A stretch of 64,000 nt of DNA from Mytilus trossulus (lineage: Eukaryota), in the NCBI RefSeq assembly GCF_036588685.1, contig NC_086381.1, positions 24,614,001 through 24,678,000 of the forward strand. Reading direction: 5' to 3'. This document shows positions 1 through 47,944 of the stretch, piece after piece; the stretch's first letter is position 1; every line of letters begins with the position of its first letter. The notes beneath the pieces are model-generated. The model had not been told where the DNA came from. It saw only the letters and a program-made list of their open reading frames with translations, and searched no databases. Made by a program: the position numbers and the translations under genes.

Positions 1-18
1 TTCAAACAAATCAAAACG

Positions 19-302
19 ACATAATGTCATTATTTCTGAATCACTATATATAAAATTCAATCTGTAAGATCTCATACAGAAAGGTTTTAGGACTTTTCAG
101 GGGGCGGGAATTTCTCGCTACATTAAAGACCTGCAAGTGAACTTAAAATTTAGGCTATTAATATTACTAGCTACAAACATAATGTGATTATTTCTGAAAC
201 ACTATATATAAAATTCAATCTCTAAGATATCATACAGAAAGGGTTTAGGACTCTTCAGGGTGCGGGAATATCTCGCTACATTGAGGACCTGTAAGTGAAC
301 TT
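19..302 (+). repeat. Tandem duplication of a ~125-bp block (offset 158 bp) running into a common interspersed repeat tail
   Basis: acataatgt..tatataaaattcaatct..tcgctacatt..gtgaactt at 19-145 and 177-302. The following ttgtctctttgacacattccc motif recurs at ~12355 (+) and ~11975 (-). Confidence 0.8.
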
Positions 303-680
303 CTGCTGTTGTCTTTTCTATGATCAGGTTGTTGTCTCTTTGACACATTCCCAATTTCCATTCACAATTTCATTTAAAACATTTTTGATAGATGGTGAAA
401 CCTGTTACTATTTTGATAAAGTATAACTTTTGTGATAAAGATATAACTTGAGGTTTATTTTTCATTAACACTAAAGTTGCTTTCAAGAACAAAACTTCTA
501 TGAATAAAATGATTTTCAAAAGTGTGAAAAATTGATGGCATACAACGCAAGTCTAAAGTTTTAAGCTATTCTACATGTTCAGTATGTTTTTTTTCTCAAT
601 TTCTAATAAACACAACATCAAGAAATTCTTTTGAATATTGTTTTACTTTAATCATTTTGTTTTTAGTCACATGAACGTAC

Positions 681-849
681 GTTTACGATATATCGCCAAA
701 TCCTGTTCGTTTACAATATATCGCCAAATCCTGTTCGTTTACGATATATCGCCAAATCCTGTACGTTAACGATATATCGCCAAAATCCTGTTCGTTTACG
801 ATATATCGCCAAATCCTGTTCGTTTACGATATATCGCCAAATCCTGTTC
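681..849. repeat. 28-bp minisatellite, 6 copies, with internal palindrome CGATATATCG
   Basis: Unit gtttacgatatatcgccaaatcctgttc starts at 681, 709, 737, 765, 794 and 822, with no spacers. Confidence 0.95.
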
Positions 850-872
850 GTTTCGTTAATTGTTCCTGTATG

Positions 873-1145
873 ATTGATTGATTGATTGTTAGTGGTTTAA
901 CATTCAGAGGCAAATATTTCATGCACATTCAGGACGAGAACAAGTAAACAGAAATACAATATGTAGGTTTAGAAATAGAGGCCATCCGGAAAAAGGGCTG
1001 ATCAATTTGGACTGCCAGAGGGTATATTGGATAGGGACATATATTTTGCCTTGCAACAGGACACATCAATGAATTGTTGCAATGCTTCTTAACGTGCAGA
1101 GAGCGTTGCACTCTTTTTACACGAGGCATCGGATTTAACGTCCCC
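873..1145 (-). mobile_element. SINE/LINE-like 3' end with (CAAT)n tail
   Basis: (gatt)n followed by gttagtggtttaacattcagaggcaaatattt; a second copy at ~26478-26521. Confidence 0.45.
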
Positions 1146-1629
1146 ATTGGCATTCTGACCGGACGTTTTTCTTGTATGAAGTGTGTGCTAAATTGCAAAA
1201 AAGTGAAGATGTTGTAGCCTTTGAATGAGTTCAAAAATCAAACATCTCATTTTGTTTAAAACATATATATGCTTTTTTATTTACAAGTATAATATTGTTT
1301 TTTTTATGAATAGATTGACCAACAATTAATCTATCTGTATGAAAAATTAATTCATTGATATGCAGATAATCAATTGGCTGGAAGTTCAATACTATATATC
1401 ATATTATTTATTTTTATAGATTGTTTCCATAGATACTAAAAATAACTATACAGCGATCGATAATAGAGTTGTAATATACTGTATATTTTATATAGTAACA
1501 TGCTGGATATTCTATATAAAACATTGATTATACATATTTTAATTGCTTCCTCTTTACATTTTAGTTTACCCAATATGTTACAGACAATAATCAAACGACA
1601 ACCCTAGTATTTGCTTAACTGACTAAAAC

Positions 1630-2679
1630 ATGGAGTTGAAGAGGAAATATGCCATTAGTGCTGTGTCATTAGTTATAATTATTGCATGGATTTTAATTCC
1701 AAACAATGTTCTTCAAACAGTTAGTGATAAAACAACAGTTGTTTTGAACGTTTTTGGAAACCGTAAGACTGCTACTACCAAGAGTAAGCCGAAATTACCA
1801 CTAAATATATCCCCTACTGACCCTTTGGAAGTAATCCGTAAAGACTGTGGTCAGTTGTGTGATACGTCAAGAAAAGGATCACCAGGACCATATTTTGATC
1901 ATGTCAATGCAGATATTAACTGTCAAGCGATATTCAGAAACGAGTATGTTGACCGTGGTCATGAACTACCACATGCACCAAAGTCGATTCCTAAACATCT
2001 AATGATTGAGTATACTATGAACAATCGTATTCCAGTGAAGTATTGGTATTTTGATAATCAGTATTTAGGTAAAACAGCAAGATCACCTGTTTGGACAGAG
2101 AAAGGTATTCAAGACTGGATGATTAGTGCAAAGCAAGGTAAATTAAGCGGGAATTATGGTATTGGAGAAACAAATGCTCTTAGGGATGCATTGAAACATG
2201 CACCAGGTATTGTTGATGGCAGAGTTATGGTGATAGGTTCCGAAACTCCATGGGTTGAGGCATGCGTATTAGAAGCAGGTGCGCGTGAAGTTTTCACATT
2301 AGAGTATGGCAGTATCAAATCAGAACATCCAAAAGTGAAAACTATTGTTCCGTTAGATTTTCGTATGCGTTATCTAAACAATACTTTGGGAACATTTGAT
2401 GCCATTGTTACTTTCAGTTCTATAGAACACTCGGGATTAGGGAGATATGGGGACGCTTTGAATCCCTGGGGTGATATCATTGCAATAGCACGATCCTGGT
2501 GTGTAACAAAACCTGGAGGTTCACTGACTATAGGTGTGCAGTATGATTATGATCATGAATACCTTAGATTTAACGCTGACCGATGGTATGGCAAAATAAG
2601 ATATCCATATTTAACAACAAATTGGAAACAACACTACAGAGGCAAAGGTTCGCAGCGTGTTCATGTTTTTACGAAATAA
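1630..2679 (+). CDS. DUF268-family protein (SAM-methyltransferase-like fold) with N-terminal membrane anchor, single coding exon
   Basis: 349-aa ORF. Hydrophobic N-terminus (AISAVSLVIIIAWILI). Motifs VIGSETPWVE, TLEY and FSSIEHSGLGRYGDALNPWGD are typical of DUF268. A possible 5'UTR splice acceptor ends at 1564. Confidence 0.85.
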   Translation: MELKRKYAISAVSLVIIIAWILIPNNVLQTVSDKTTVVLNVFGNRKTATTKSKPKLPLNISPTDPLEVIRKDCGQLCDTSRKGSPGPYFDHVNADINCQAIFRNEYVDRGHELPHAPKSIPKHLMIEYTMNNRIPVKYWYFDNQYLGKTARSPVWTEKGIQDWMISAKQGKLSGNYGIGETNALRDALKHAPGIVDGRVMVIGSETPWVEACVLEAGAREVFTLEYGSIKSEHPKVKTIVPLDFRMRYLNNTLGTFDAIVTFSSIEHSGLGRYGDALNPWGDIIAIARSWCVTKPGGSLTIGVQYDYDHEYLRFNADRWYGKIRYPYLTTNWKQHYRGKGSQRVHVFTK

Positions 2680-4178
2680 AAAAAAATGTATTTAAGTTAT
2701 TCATTTTATTTATTTGTCTATAGATAATAATAGAGTAAGTAAATTTTGATAAGATCCACGTAAACTAATAAGCTTTCTCTAATAATGTTATCAATGTTAC
2801 ACTGTCGTAACTTAAGATCTTTGAATATACTTCTAATCGACACTATCATTGATTGTGTTTTATATACACTGAAACTTATTTAAATGTATACTGTATTAAA
2901 AAGTTCTAACCACTTTATATGGTCATACATTATAGTGTTTATTGCGTCTTCACACTAAATTTGTTGGATGTGTACTGATTGATATTGTTTTTTAATTAAA
3001 AGTTGTGACAAAAAACTACAAAATTAGTTTATTTGCTGTCAGTTCGAACTCTACACTAACGTTACAACATGTACATATCAGTTCATATAGCTTGGCTTAA
3101 TGGATTGGTATGAAGAACGCGAAAAATTAAAAATAGTTGTTTTTTGTCTTTTGAATTGTTACTTTGGGAAACTTTATATAAAAAAGAAGATGTGGAATGA
3201 TTGCCAATGAGACAGGTCTCTACATAGATAGATAGTTTATTCCCATAAAACCATGCAAATACAAAGGTTACAGAGAAGTTAAAAAATAATATACATAAAA
3301 ATAAAAATGCATTATAAATGCATGAAATTAAAAATTTCGGATGAGATAACGTATAAAAGATTTACAGATCTAACATTGTTGGGTTGATGATTAGACGAGT
3401 TGTATAAACATAATGAACTCAGCCATGTATCACCATCACTTCATGTGATCCGATGGATAAATCTGTTGTAGAGTTTATTTTGCCTATGTGCAGTGTTGTC
3501 CCATGAACAATCATAACACATCTGCTTAATTTCATATTTAAAATAAAAATAATAGACACAATGCACAAATACTCAGAGTTGCGCAACCGGCTGGTCCAAA
3601 GTCAATTACAATAAGTAAATGAATCGTGTTCTGCGGCACTAAAAGTATCCATCAGTTCTCATCCAACAGATTTAATGTGAATACGTCATAAATAGTCCGA
3701 AAAAGCGAATAATCTTGTACAAGGCCAAATGAAAGGAAACAGTATCGACCGGATTAAGGAGCATGATTACTCATAATTGAATCCGACAATTATATATTTA
3801 GTTATAATATTTTAATTTTCAAAAACAAATGTAAGAACTTATATAAATGATATTTTATGATTTTACTGCCATGTTTATTTGATAGCCATTATAAGAAAGG
3901 ACTATATTCCTTTTATAACAGGTACTGGTTCTTCATTTATAATAGGGCTGAAAGTAAATGTGTATTCAGGGCGAAATCATATTTTGATAGAATGTGTAAT
4001 TTTAGCAAGCTTAGAAGGTAACAATTTAACGAGGGCTCACACAGGCAAAGACTTATGTTTGCATTGCACAACGGAGAAGAAGGACATGCATATTTTAGTA
4101 TCTGATTTGACTCGACCGAGGACCAAACTAAAGATGGTTATGCATACAGTCTTATCAAATGTCAATAATTACATTAGA

Positions 4179-4924
4179 CTAGAACACACCCGTGATATCA
4201 CGGGTCCGTGACTGAATTAAAGTATATAACTATGCGCAAGTATAGTATTAGTATTGTCATCTGATAAAGTCATGCCGGTTATAAGATACACAGTTTTCTC
4301 TGATTTCAAGTCTTTCTGTTTGAACCCGTCGAACTGGACCTTATCAATTATTGGTAATATTAATTATTTGGAAAACAAAAGGTCCTGGAATGGAGTATTT
4401 TTAATCAACAGCATTGTCCTATATAAGTTATAAATAAAGTTGATTTTTTTGATTCGCTGTTTTACGTCATGCCCACTAACAAATTGAAAACTGTACCTAT
4501 ACGCCTTATTTTTAGTCCAGATTTTTAATATTTGTATTGTTATCTTAGAAAGTCTTACTGATTAAACTACTACAATAGGTAACAATTTGACAATTTAGTA
4601 GTGTCAACCCTATGATTATGACCCGTGTATATAGCATATTAATCCTGAATACACCGTTTGGTGGTGCGCCTGTCAGATGCGGAACGTACAGATAAGGTAA
4701 TGGTAACAGGTGAATATACTGTTGGTATCGATATCGGACTCGACCCGGAACTTCTTAATTATTGACAATATTAATTACGTGGAAAACAAAAGGGCCTGGA
4801 GTGGTGTAATTTTTAATCTACACCTTTGTACTATATTAGTTAAATATAAAGTTGAAATCTGTGATTCGTCGTTTTTACGTGATGACGGCTGACAAATTGG
4901 ACCTCGTAATTTTAGTAATATAGA
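4179..4924 (-). mobile_element. Non-autonomous Helitron
   Basis: The minus strand starts TC (TCTATATTAC) and ends CTAG, inserted between A and T with no TSD. An 18-bp perfect palindrome acccgtgatatcacgggt (4188-4205) sits just before the 3' end. An internal block is duplicated (~4347 and ~4757). Confidence 0.9.
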
Positions 4925-4929
4925 TGTAT

Positions 4930-5268
4930 GTTTCATTATAATACGTTATTCTGATTGGCTATCTGCACATCACCTGTTATTCCGTGAGCAATTGCATTAC
5001 ACAATAAAACTTTTCATTCATGATGACACGAGGTCACATAATAAAGTTCACAAGTAAAAACTTGATGTAAATCGTGATTTCATGATCTTAGCTAAAAAAT
5101 GTAATTATAAGTATTGAATGCTCCTTTTTGTAACTTCATAGGGTTGTAAAAGCGTTGACCGTGCGCACATTTTTAGAATGAAGCGCTTCCGCGCTTCATA
5201 CAAAATGTACTTCGGTCAACGCTTTAACACCCCAATAAAGTTACAAAAAGAAGCATTCAATTCTTAAA
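4930..5268. mobile_element. MITE-like repeat with ~150-bp terminal hairpin
   Basis: 5113-5261 folds back: attgaatgct..gtaact..agcgttgaccg..atgaagcg / cgcttcat..cggtcaacgct..agttac..agcattcaat. Confidence 0.65.
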
Positions 5269-5979
5269 TGTCAATCAATATGGCGGGAATTGTCCAGGGT
5301 CGCATCCATTCAACAAGGTAGGATCAATACCTCATGTATATGTTTCACTCACATGGAATTTGAATATTGAATAAAATAAAATAAAAAGATGTGGTATTAG
5401 TGCCAATGAGAAAACTCTCTATCCAAGTCAAAATGTGTAAAAAGTAAACATTTGTAGGTCAAAATATGGCCTTCAACACGGAGACTTGGCTCATCAACAA
5501 GATACAAAGAATGCCAAAATGATTTATACAGAACAATCCAAACAGGAAAACCAACCGTCTTATCTATATTTTAAAAAAAAAAGAGTAACAAGAAACTATT
5601 AACAAAGAGCATCTTTCGTGTTCTCAACTTTCCGACTGTTCATATGATCAAAATGTTATGAGCGCAACATGTTACTGTTCAATTTGATACAGTTAACATT
5701 GTAAGTTGACATAATGTTGTATTGTATGGTCAGAAATAATCCATAATATTGGTAGAACCTATTAGTACACACATGGAGCTGTGAAGCATTAAATTTAAGT
5801 AAAGAACCTGAAAATTGTCCTGTTTTGAGATTATTCAGAGGGATCTGGTACTATACCATTTGATTACGTTGGTCACAAACCCACCTTGAATTTATTCACT
5901 ATTAGTCACTATAGTTATTTCTATGAGAGTCAAGTAAGTGCAAAAGGCAAAATAGAACATTGAAATAAAGAAAAGATAA

Positions 5980-6130
5980 TAATAGGACAAAAAAATATAG
6001 AACTGAGAAAACTTGATAGGACAAAAAAATATAGAACTGAGAAAAATAGGACAAACAAAAAAATATAGAACTGAGAAAATAGGACAAAAAATAAGAGAAT
6101 TGAGAAAAATAGGCCAAAAAAATATAGAAA
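5980..6130. repeat. ~30-bp purine-rich tandem repeat (~5 copies)
   Basis: Unit ataggacaaaaaaatatagaactgagaaaa. It produces spurious ORFs on the minus strand. Confidence 0.85.
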
Positions 6131-6583
6131 AGAGATTAATGGGTAAAATGTAGAAAGAATAGAGAAAAAATACCCAAATGAATAAACAAAAACTGAAGGA
6201 CACCATCCATGTAATAGTATTCATCGAAGTTGTAAACTTGTCTACATATGTAACAGAAAGTCCGATCAAATATAATTTATTATTGTTCGTGCATGTTTGG
6301 ATTTTAAATCTTGCTCGTGAAATGCCATTCCTATATACTAGAACTAGTATATTGTGCATACAGGGAACTAACTGGAAAGCAAATACTATCTGGAAATACA
6401 AAATATTTAGTATGATTGCCAATGAAACGAATTTCCACCACGAACAAATGACGAAGGAGTTAACATGAGTTTATGAGTGGCGATAAAGGCATCAGAGAGG
6501 CAATAACCCAGATCGACCAATACAATTCAAAGTAATACTAGTATTGAAGAACACCGTTGTAAATGTTTGTTTCTGTATAGAAT

Positions 6584-7016
6584 CATATTCAAAACAGTGT
6601 GGTCCTGGCCATTGATTGACGACCTGAATTATCCCATTGACTGGGACAGATAAGGTGAACGTTTGTCTGTAACGACCATTGCTCACTTCTTACTTATTAT
6701 ATAATTTAAACTGTGGGGTCACCAAAGGTTCCTAACGCCTTTAATGATAAAATAATTCGAAAAATTATTCAGGAATAACCTTTATGTTTTGATTTATATT
6801 ATTGATATAAATCAACACATCGTATTATTCCGGATTCGTTTTTCGAATTGCTTTTTTTAGGTGTTGAGAACCTTTGGTGACCCCACAGATTCAGTGTCTT
6901 TAACAAGTACATAGTGAGCAGTGATTGTTACCGACAAACGTTCACCTAATCTGTCCCAGTCAATGGGATAATTTAGGTCGTCAATCAATGGCCAGGACCA
7001 CACTGTTTTGAATATG
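6584..7016. mobile_element. Fold-back/MITE element, almost entirely palindromic
   Basis: Outer arms 6584-6740 and 6859-7016 are reverse complements. Inner arms (aattcgaaaa..tgatttatat / atataaatca..ttttcgaatt) close around ~6800. Confidence 0.85.
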
Positions 7017-8379
7017 TTATAGTTATTGACCAAGCAAGTCGGTATATAGAAGTTAATCTGCACATTTTTTATTTAATAAATGACGATTAAGACTTTGACA
7101 AATTGGGTACTTTCAAATTGTTGTATGAAAAAAAAACATAACCGAAATGATAATTAAGCTTTTTAATTTCTTTCCCTCAATAATATGCTTGAAAAGAGAA
7201 AGATAAACCGAGGAAGATTACCTAAACTTTAAATGTTGAATAAACAGAAAATACGTTTCTCTCCCCAAAATTTTGTATTTACTGTATTACTTTTTTAAAA
7301 CACGTCCTTCTAAACGAAGTCTGTTTGAACTCCAGCTTATCTCCCTGTTTTAAAAGAAACCGTTAACATGACCCCTTTAAATTCGATCCAAAAATATGGG
7401 GAATAGATATTCAAAAAGTCGTTATAATTTCCATTAAGTCTAAAGATAATCCAAATCAGAATTCTTTAATTCAGATATTCTTAGATATATTTCTTTTTTG
7501 GCAGAAATTACAAAAAAAAAAATAACCATTTTTCTGAATTTAAAACACTTACTAGTATTTAAGATTTATCTTGTACACAAAATATGATAATACATTTCAT
7601 GTTCAAGCTAAGATGAAAAAAATGGAATTAGAAACCTTTCATTTTTCCTATTTTTTGAAACTACGATGTTTGTACAAAGTTCAACTTTGTTGTAATTTCA
7701 AGGCAGATGGTTGATTCGGGGGGGGGGGGGTTTGGGGGGTGGGGGGTGGGGGTGGCTAACATGTCGTCACCATAGTATTGGACAAAGTGTCGAGTTTTAG
7801 CTCAATATTGTCAATATTGTTCTTGGTCTCGCTACACTCGGCGATGTCTTTTTTAATTTTATAGAATAACGCCCCTTCAAAATCTAGGAACCGCCCCTAC
7901 AGGTAAAAATAGATTTGAACTGTGCAGTATATCTGAGGTAGTTAATGCACACCTTAACTGTGCATTATCCAGATTATACCACAGTAAGAACAAAGAGATT
8001 TCACTCATGCCATGTGTTAAGATTCTATATACATCCTATCAAGGATAATTCATTGTATGATGACAGTACACCTCAGCGATAGCAAACTCAAGTTGAACAT
8101 ACCGCATTTCTGCGTTTATAGCGTTTCCCCACCGAAATGACGCTGTTTGTAGCCCTAAAGCTCAGAAAAAGAAACCATAGAGATGAGAAATTTTGGTATA
8201 ATTGATAATTAGACAACTATCTACCTGAAACCTTATGGCGTATATGTGACTGTACGATTTTCAACAAACACCCGTACCATATGGTAAATTATCAAAAGAC
8301 CGAAATTGCAGAATGTATAACAATTAAGCAGGCTGATTTATGTTTTAACGTAAACATGTCATTTTATAAAAAGTCGATA

Positions 8380-9310
8380 TCTGTTACATGCCTGAAATCA
8401 ACATACACTAAAGGTCCGATCTGTTACACATATGAAGTCAACATACGCACCAAAAAAAAAAAGACCCAGGATGTTACACAAATGAAGTCAACATACTCCC
8501 CAAAAGGCCCGATCCCGATCTGTTACACGCCAGAAGTACATGCAAAAGGCCCGATATGTTAAACGCATGAAGTAAACATACGCCCAAGATTCCTGATCTG
8601 TTATACACCTGCAGTAAACATACGCCAAAGAGGCCCGATCTGTTACACACATGATGTCACATTATGCCGAAAAGGCCCGATCTGTTTCACAACTGATGTT
8701 AGCATAAGCCCAACATACCCAATACCCTACACACATAAAGTCAACATACACCCCAACATTTCCAATCTGTTACACACATGAAGTAAAAATACTCCCAAAA
8801 GACCCTATCTGGTTCACACCAGTGTCAACATACACACAAAAAGCCCAATATCTTACACACCTGAAGTCAGAATTCTCGCAAAAGGTCCGATCTGTTTCAC
8901 ACCAGTGTCAACACACGCAAAAGGCCCAATCTCTTACACACCTGAAGTCAAAATACGCCCAAAGGCCCGATCTGTTTCACACCTTAGGTCAATATACATC
9001 AACATGTCCAATCTCTTACACACATAAAGTCAACATACACCAATATGTCCAATCTTTTACACACCTGAAGTCGACATACACACCAAATGTCCAATCTTTT
9101 ACTCACCTGAAGTCGACATACACACAAATTGACCAATCTTTTACATACACGAAGTCGACATACACACAAAATGTCCAATCTCTTACACACCTGAAATCAA
9201 CATACTCTCAAAAGGTCAGCTATGTATCATACCTGAAATCAACGTATACTCAAACGTCACGATCTGTTTCACACTGAAGTTAACGTACATCAAAATGTCA
9301 GATGTGTTAC
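8380..9310. repeat. ~39-40-bp minisatellite, ~23 diverged copies
   Basis: Consensus-like ttacacacctgaagtcaacatacacacaaaatgtccaatct; ends ~200 bp upstream of the ABCC start codon. Confidence 0.9.
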
Positions 9311-9506
9311 AAGGTGACCCAATCTAACATTTAGATCAGTGTATATTTACATAAGAGATGACTTTTATAATCATTTACAGACCAGTTATCACTCGGTCAT
9401 CATATCACATCTTTATCTATTGAAATAACTATCGAAATATCTATTGAAATATGTAGTCATAGGTTGATAATAAACATAATTTAAAACGTGCAAAGATTTG
9501 TGTTCA

Positions 9507-45532
<36,026 letters not shown>

Positions 45533-46699
45533 TTACAATCCTAGCGCGAATGACTTGATCATGTTGATATGAATCGTATTTAAATTGCTGGGTTTTGTAA
45601 TCAACATCATCATATAAACTAGGATGCGATATCCCGTTTGTATTAAGAATTCTACGAAAGGTGCAAACATGCTCAGCCAAATTTACAAAAGTCGTACCAA
45701 AGAAACAATTTGATAAAATAAAACATTAATTAATATGTGGAAATGAATTGAAGGACTTGATGATTCGTCTTATGTACATAGATTATGTAAATCAAAATCT
45801 ATAACGACACAAAACATATGTTCAAAGTTGGGAAATATACATTCTTTAAGAACACAAGGAATAACACTGTCAAAAACAGAAACGATAACAATATAGAAAA
45901 AATAATGTGCTATCTGCTATAAATCTGGTATAGAGTTTTCCGTGTGAATCTGAAATATTTAAATCAAGAATATATCTATCATTGTTGTTATTGCTAGAGT
46001 GCTTCAGTAAACGTTATTCCCGCCAGATAAGTTTTCGAAGCATAGTTATAGAAATCTCAATTTTTCTAGCTGGTAATTGTTATCCAGGTAGGTATGGTTA
46101 GTTTAAATTTAGGAATACAACTCGCATTTGATTTAGTAAAAATTAAAATCACAAACATACTTTACTCCGAGGAAAATCAAAAATGGGAAAAGTCCCTAAT
46201 AAAATGGTAAAATCAAAAACGCAAACACATCAAACAACTGTCATATTCCTGACTTGTTACAGGCATTTACTGATGGTGAAAATGGTGGTTTAAACCTGGT
46301 TTTATTGCTACTTTAACCTCTCACTTGTATAACATTCGAACAAAATTTCTTTATTCTGACAACGATGTGTGAACAAAACAAACAAACATAATAGGTATAA
46401 ATGTAATAAAAAGTAGGGGTACATCAGTCAACATTGCGTTATTATCTTTAAAATTACTCTCAACAAACAGATACATCAATAAACATTTAACATGCCACAA
46501 TAGCACATTGGCGGGATGTATCAGTTCAGAGTCGCGTCGTATGTAACCAAGAAACACAAAAAGGCATACATAAAAAGCATATTATATTAGCAAAAATGGA
46601 AGACAAAAATACAAAAATTATTACAGAACAATTACACAATGACGGGATATATAAGTGAAGAGCCATGTCAAATGAATACCACCGAAAAAACATTAAAAA

Positions 46700-47580
46700 G
46701 TAAAAGTAAAATGAATAAAAAAAAAATAGAATGATAACACCTGATCAAGATGATAAACAACGTCAGTACCCAGAATCTTTACTTCAAGACCATCGTGTAT
46801 TATTTGTGAAGCTGATACGAAATATTTATCAACAAGGTCCTGATACCTTCTGAAGATGTTTTCTTTAGAAAAAGGACGAGACGTTCTTTGACATAACCCT
46901 TGTTCATCAACTATTTGCTCATACACTGGTGACGTTTTACAAAGACTGAGTAGTTGCTGCATCGTTTAGGATACCGAGAAAGTTGGGAAATGTATATCAA
47001 ATATGCAGGTGAAGTTGGTATATTGCTACTTAGGTGGGGGAAATTGATAATGTCAAAATTAAAATCGTCTCGTTTGTCATAGAATTTCTTACAGCGACGA
47101 CCATGTATGTCCAATTCCAGGTATAGGTCTGGGGATATATTAATGGAACCCAATCATATAAGTTTGGATTGTTAAAGGGAAGAACATCGTCAATTAATAT
47201 ATCTGAATGACTTTATGAAATTAAATGACAGGGCTTCTGTGATCTTTTTATTTTTTACAAGTCTCTGAAGTCAGCTAGAAGAGGCGCACAGTTTGTTCCC
47301 ATAGGAATACCGACCATTTGTTGAAATGTCTACCTCACAATTCGACAAATACGTTGTAAATATAAAATTCAAGCATACTGATCACTTGTTTCTCTGTGTA
47401 ACATATTTGACATTTTTCTTCACTTTTTAATGTATGATATCCCAATATAATAAATTTACAGCGTATGATACCATTTAATGTTTATTCTTTTAGACTGTTT
47501 TTCAATTTCACATTGGGATTAAGGGTAAACAGGGTTGAAAAATCAAAAGTATCGATAAAATAAAATTCAGAAGAGTTTTT
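46700..47580 (-). mobile_element. Degenerate Penelope-like element reverse transcriptase
   Basis: Minus strand DTFDFSTL, GIPMGTNCAPL (47281-47315), FYDKRDDFNFDIINFPHLSSNIPTSPAY..ISQL. A further decayed 3' part lies at ~49800-50470. Confidence 0.85.
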
Positions 47581-47825
47581 TTAGGCAATCAAATCGCATT
47601 TTGCTTTTATAAGTCCTCCGGCATGTTGTTCTATGTAATATTCATTGAAGCCATGGTGAACTTCTGGTTCGCCAAAATCTGATCCTGGTCAAATAATATG
47701 TTTTTGTATGTGAGTTTACGTGAGTGCTCATTTATGATAGACATTTCACAGCCTCTTTGTCTCTAAAAACGGACTTTGGTCGATCATTCACACTGTTTTT
47801 CAACTGATGAATGCGAAAAAGGTAT

Positions 47826-47937
47826 CCGGTCGTTCCGTCTCCAAACCGATCAGGCCCCAATTCGATCCGACCAAAAGTCAATCCGTCCCAAGTCGATCCG
47901 GCCGACGTCGATCCGGCCCAAAGTCGATTCGGCCCAA
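47826..47937. repeat. ~15-bp GC-rich tandem repeat (aagtcgatccggccc), ~7 copies
   Basis: Read directly; it is interrupted on the right by the Kolobok-type insertion. Confidence 0.8.
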
Positions 47938-47944
47938 ATGTTAA

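Noticed and set aside
681-849. CRISPR-like 28-bp palindromic repeats
   Set aside because: The units are contiguous with no spacers, the context is eukaryotic, and there are no cas genes.
5892-6468. Hydrophobic ORFs of 176, 71 and 96 aa
   Set aside because: Translation of a low-complexity tandem repeat and AT-rich sequence; no motifs.
7717-7752. G-rich run with G-quadruplex potential
   Set aside because: Probably the poly-G tract of a common short MITE (ends gaaccgcccct at ~7897); nothing indicates function.
8822-9277. 151-aa repetitive ORF
   Set aside because: Read-through of a 39-bp minisatellite; GTG start, and neighbouring units break frame.
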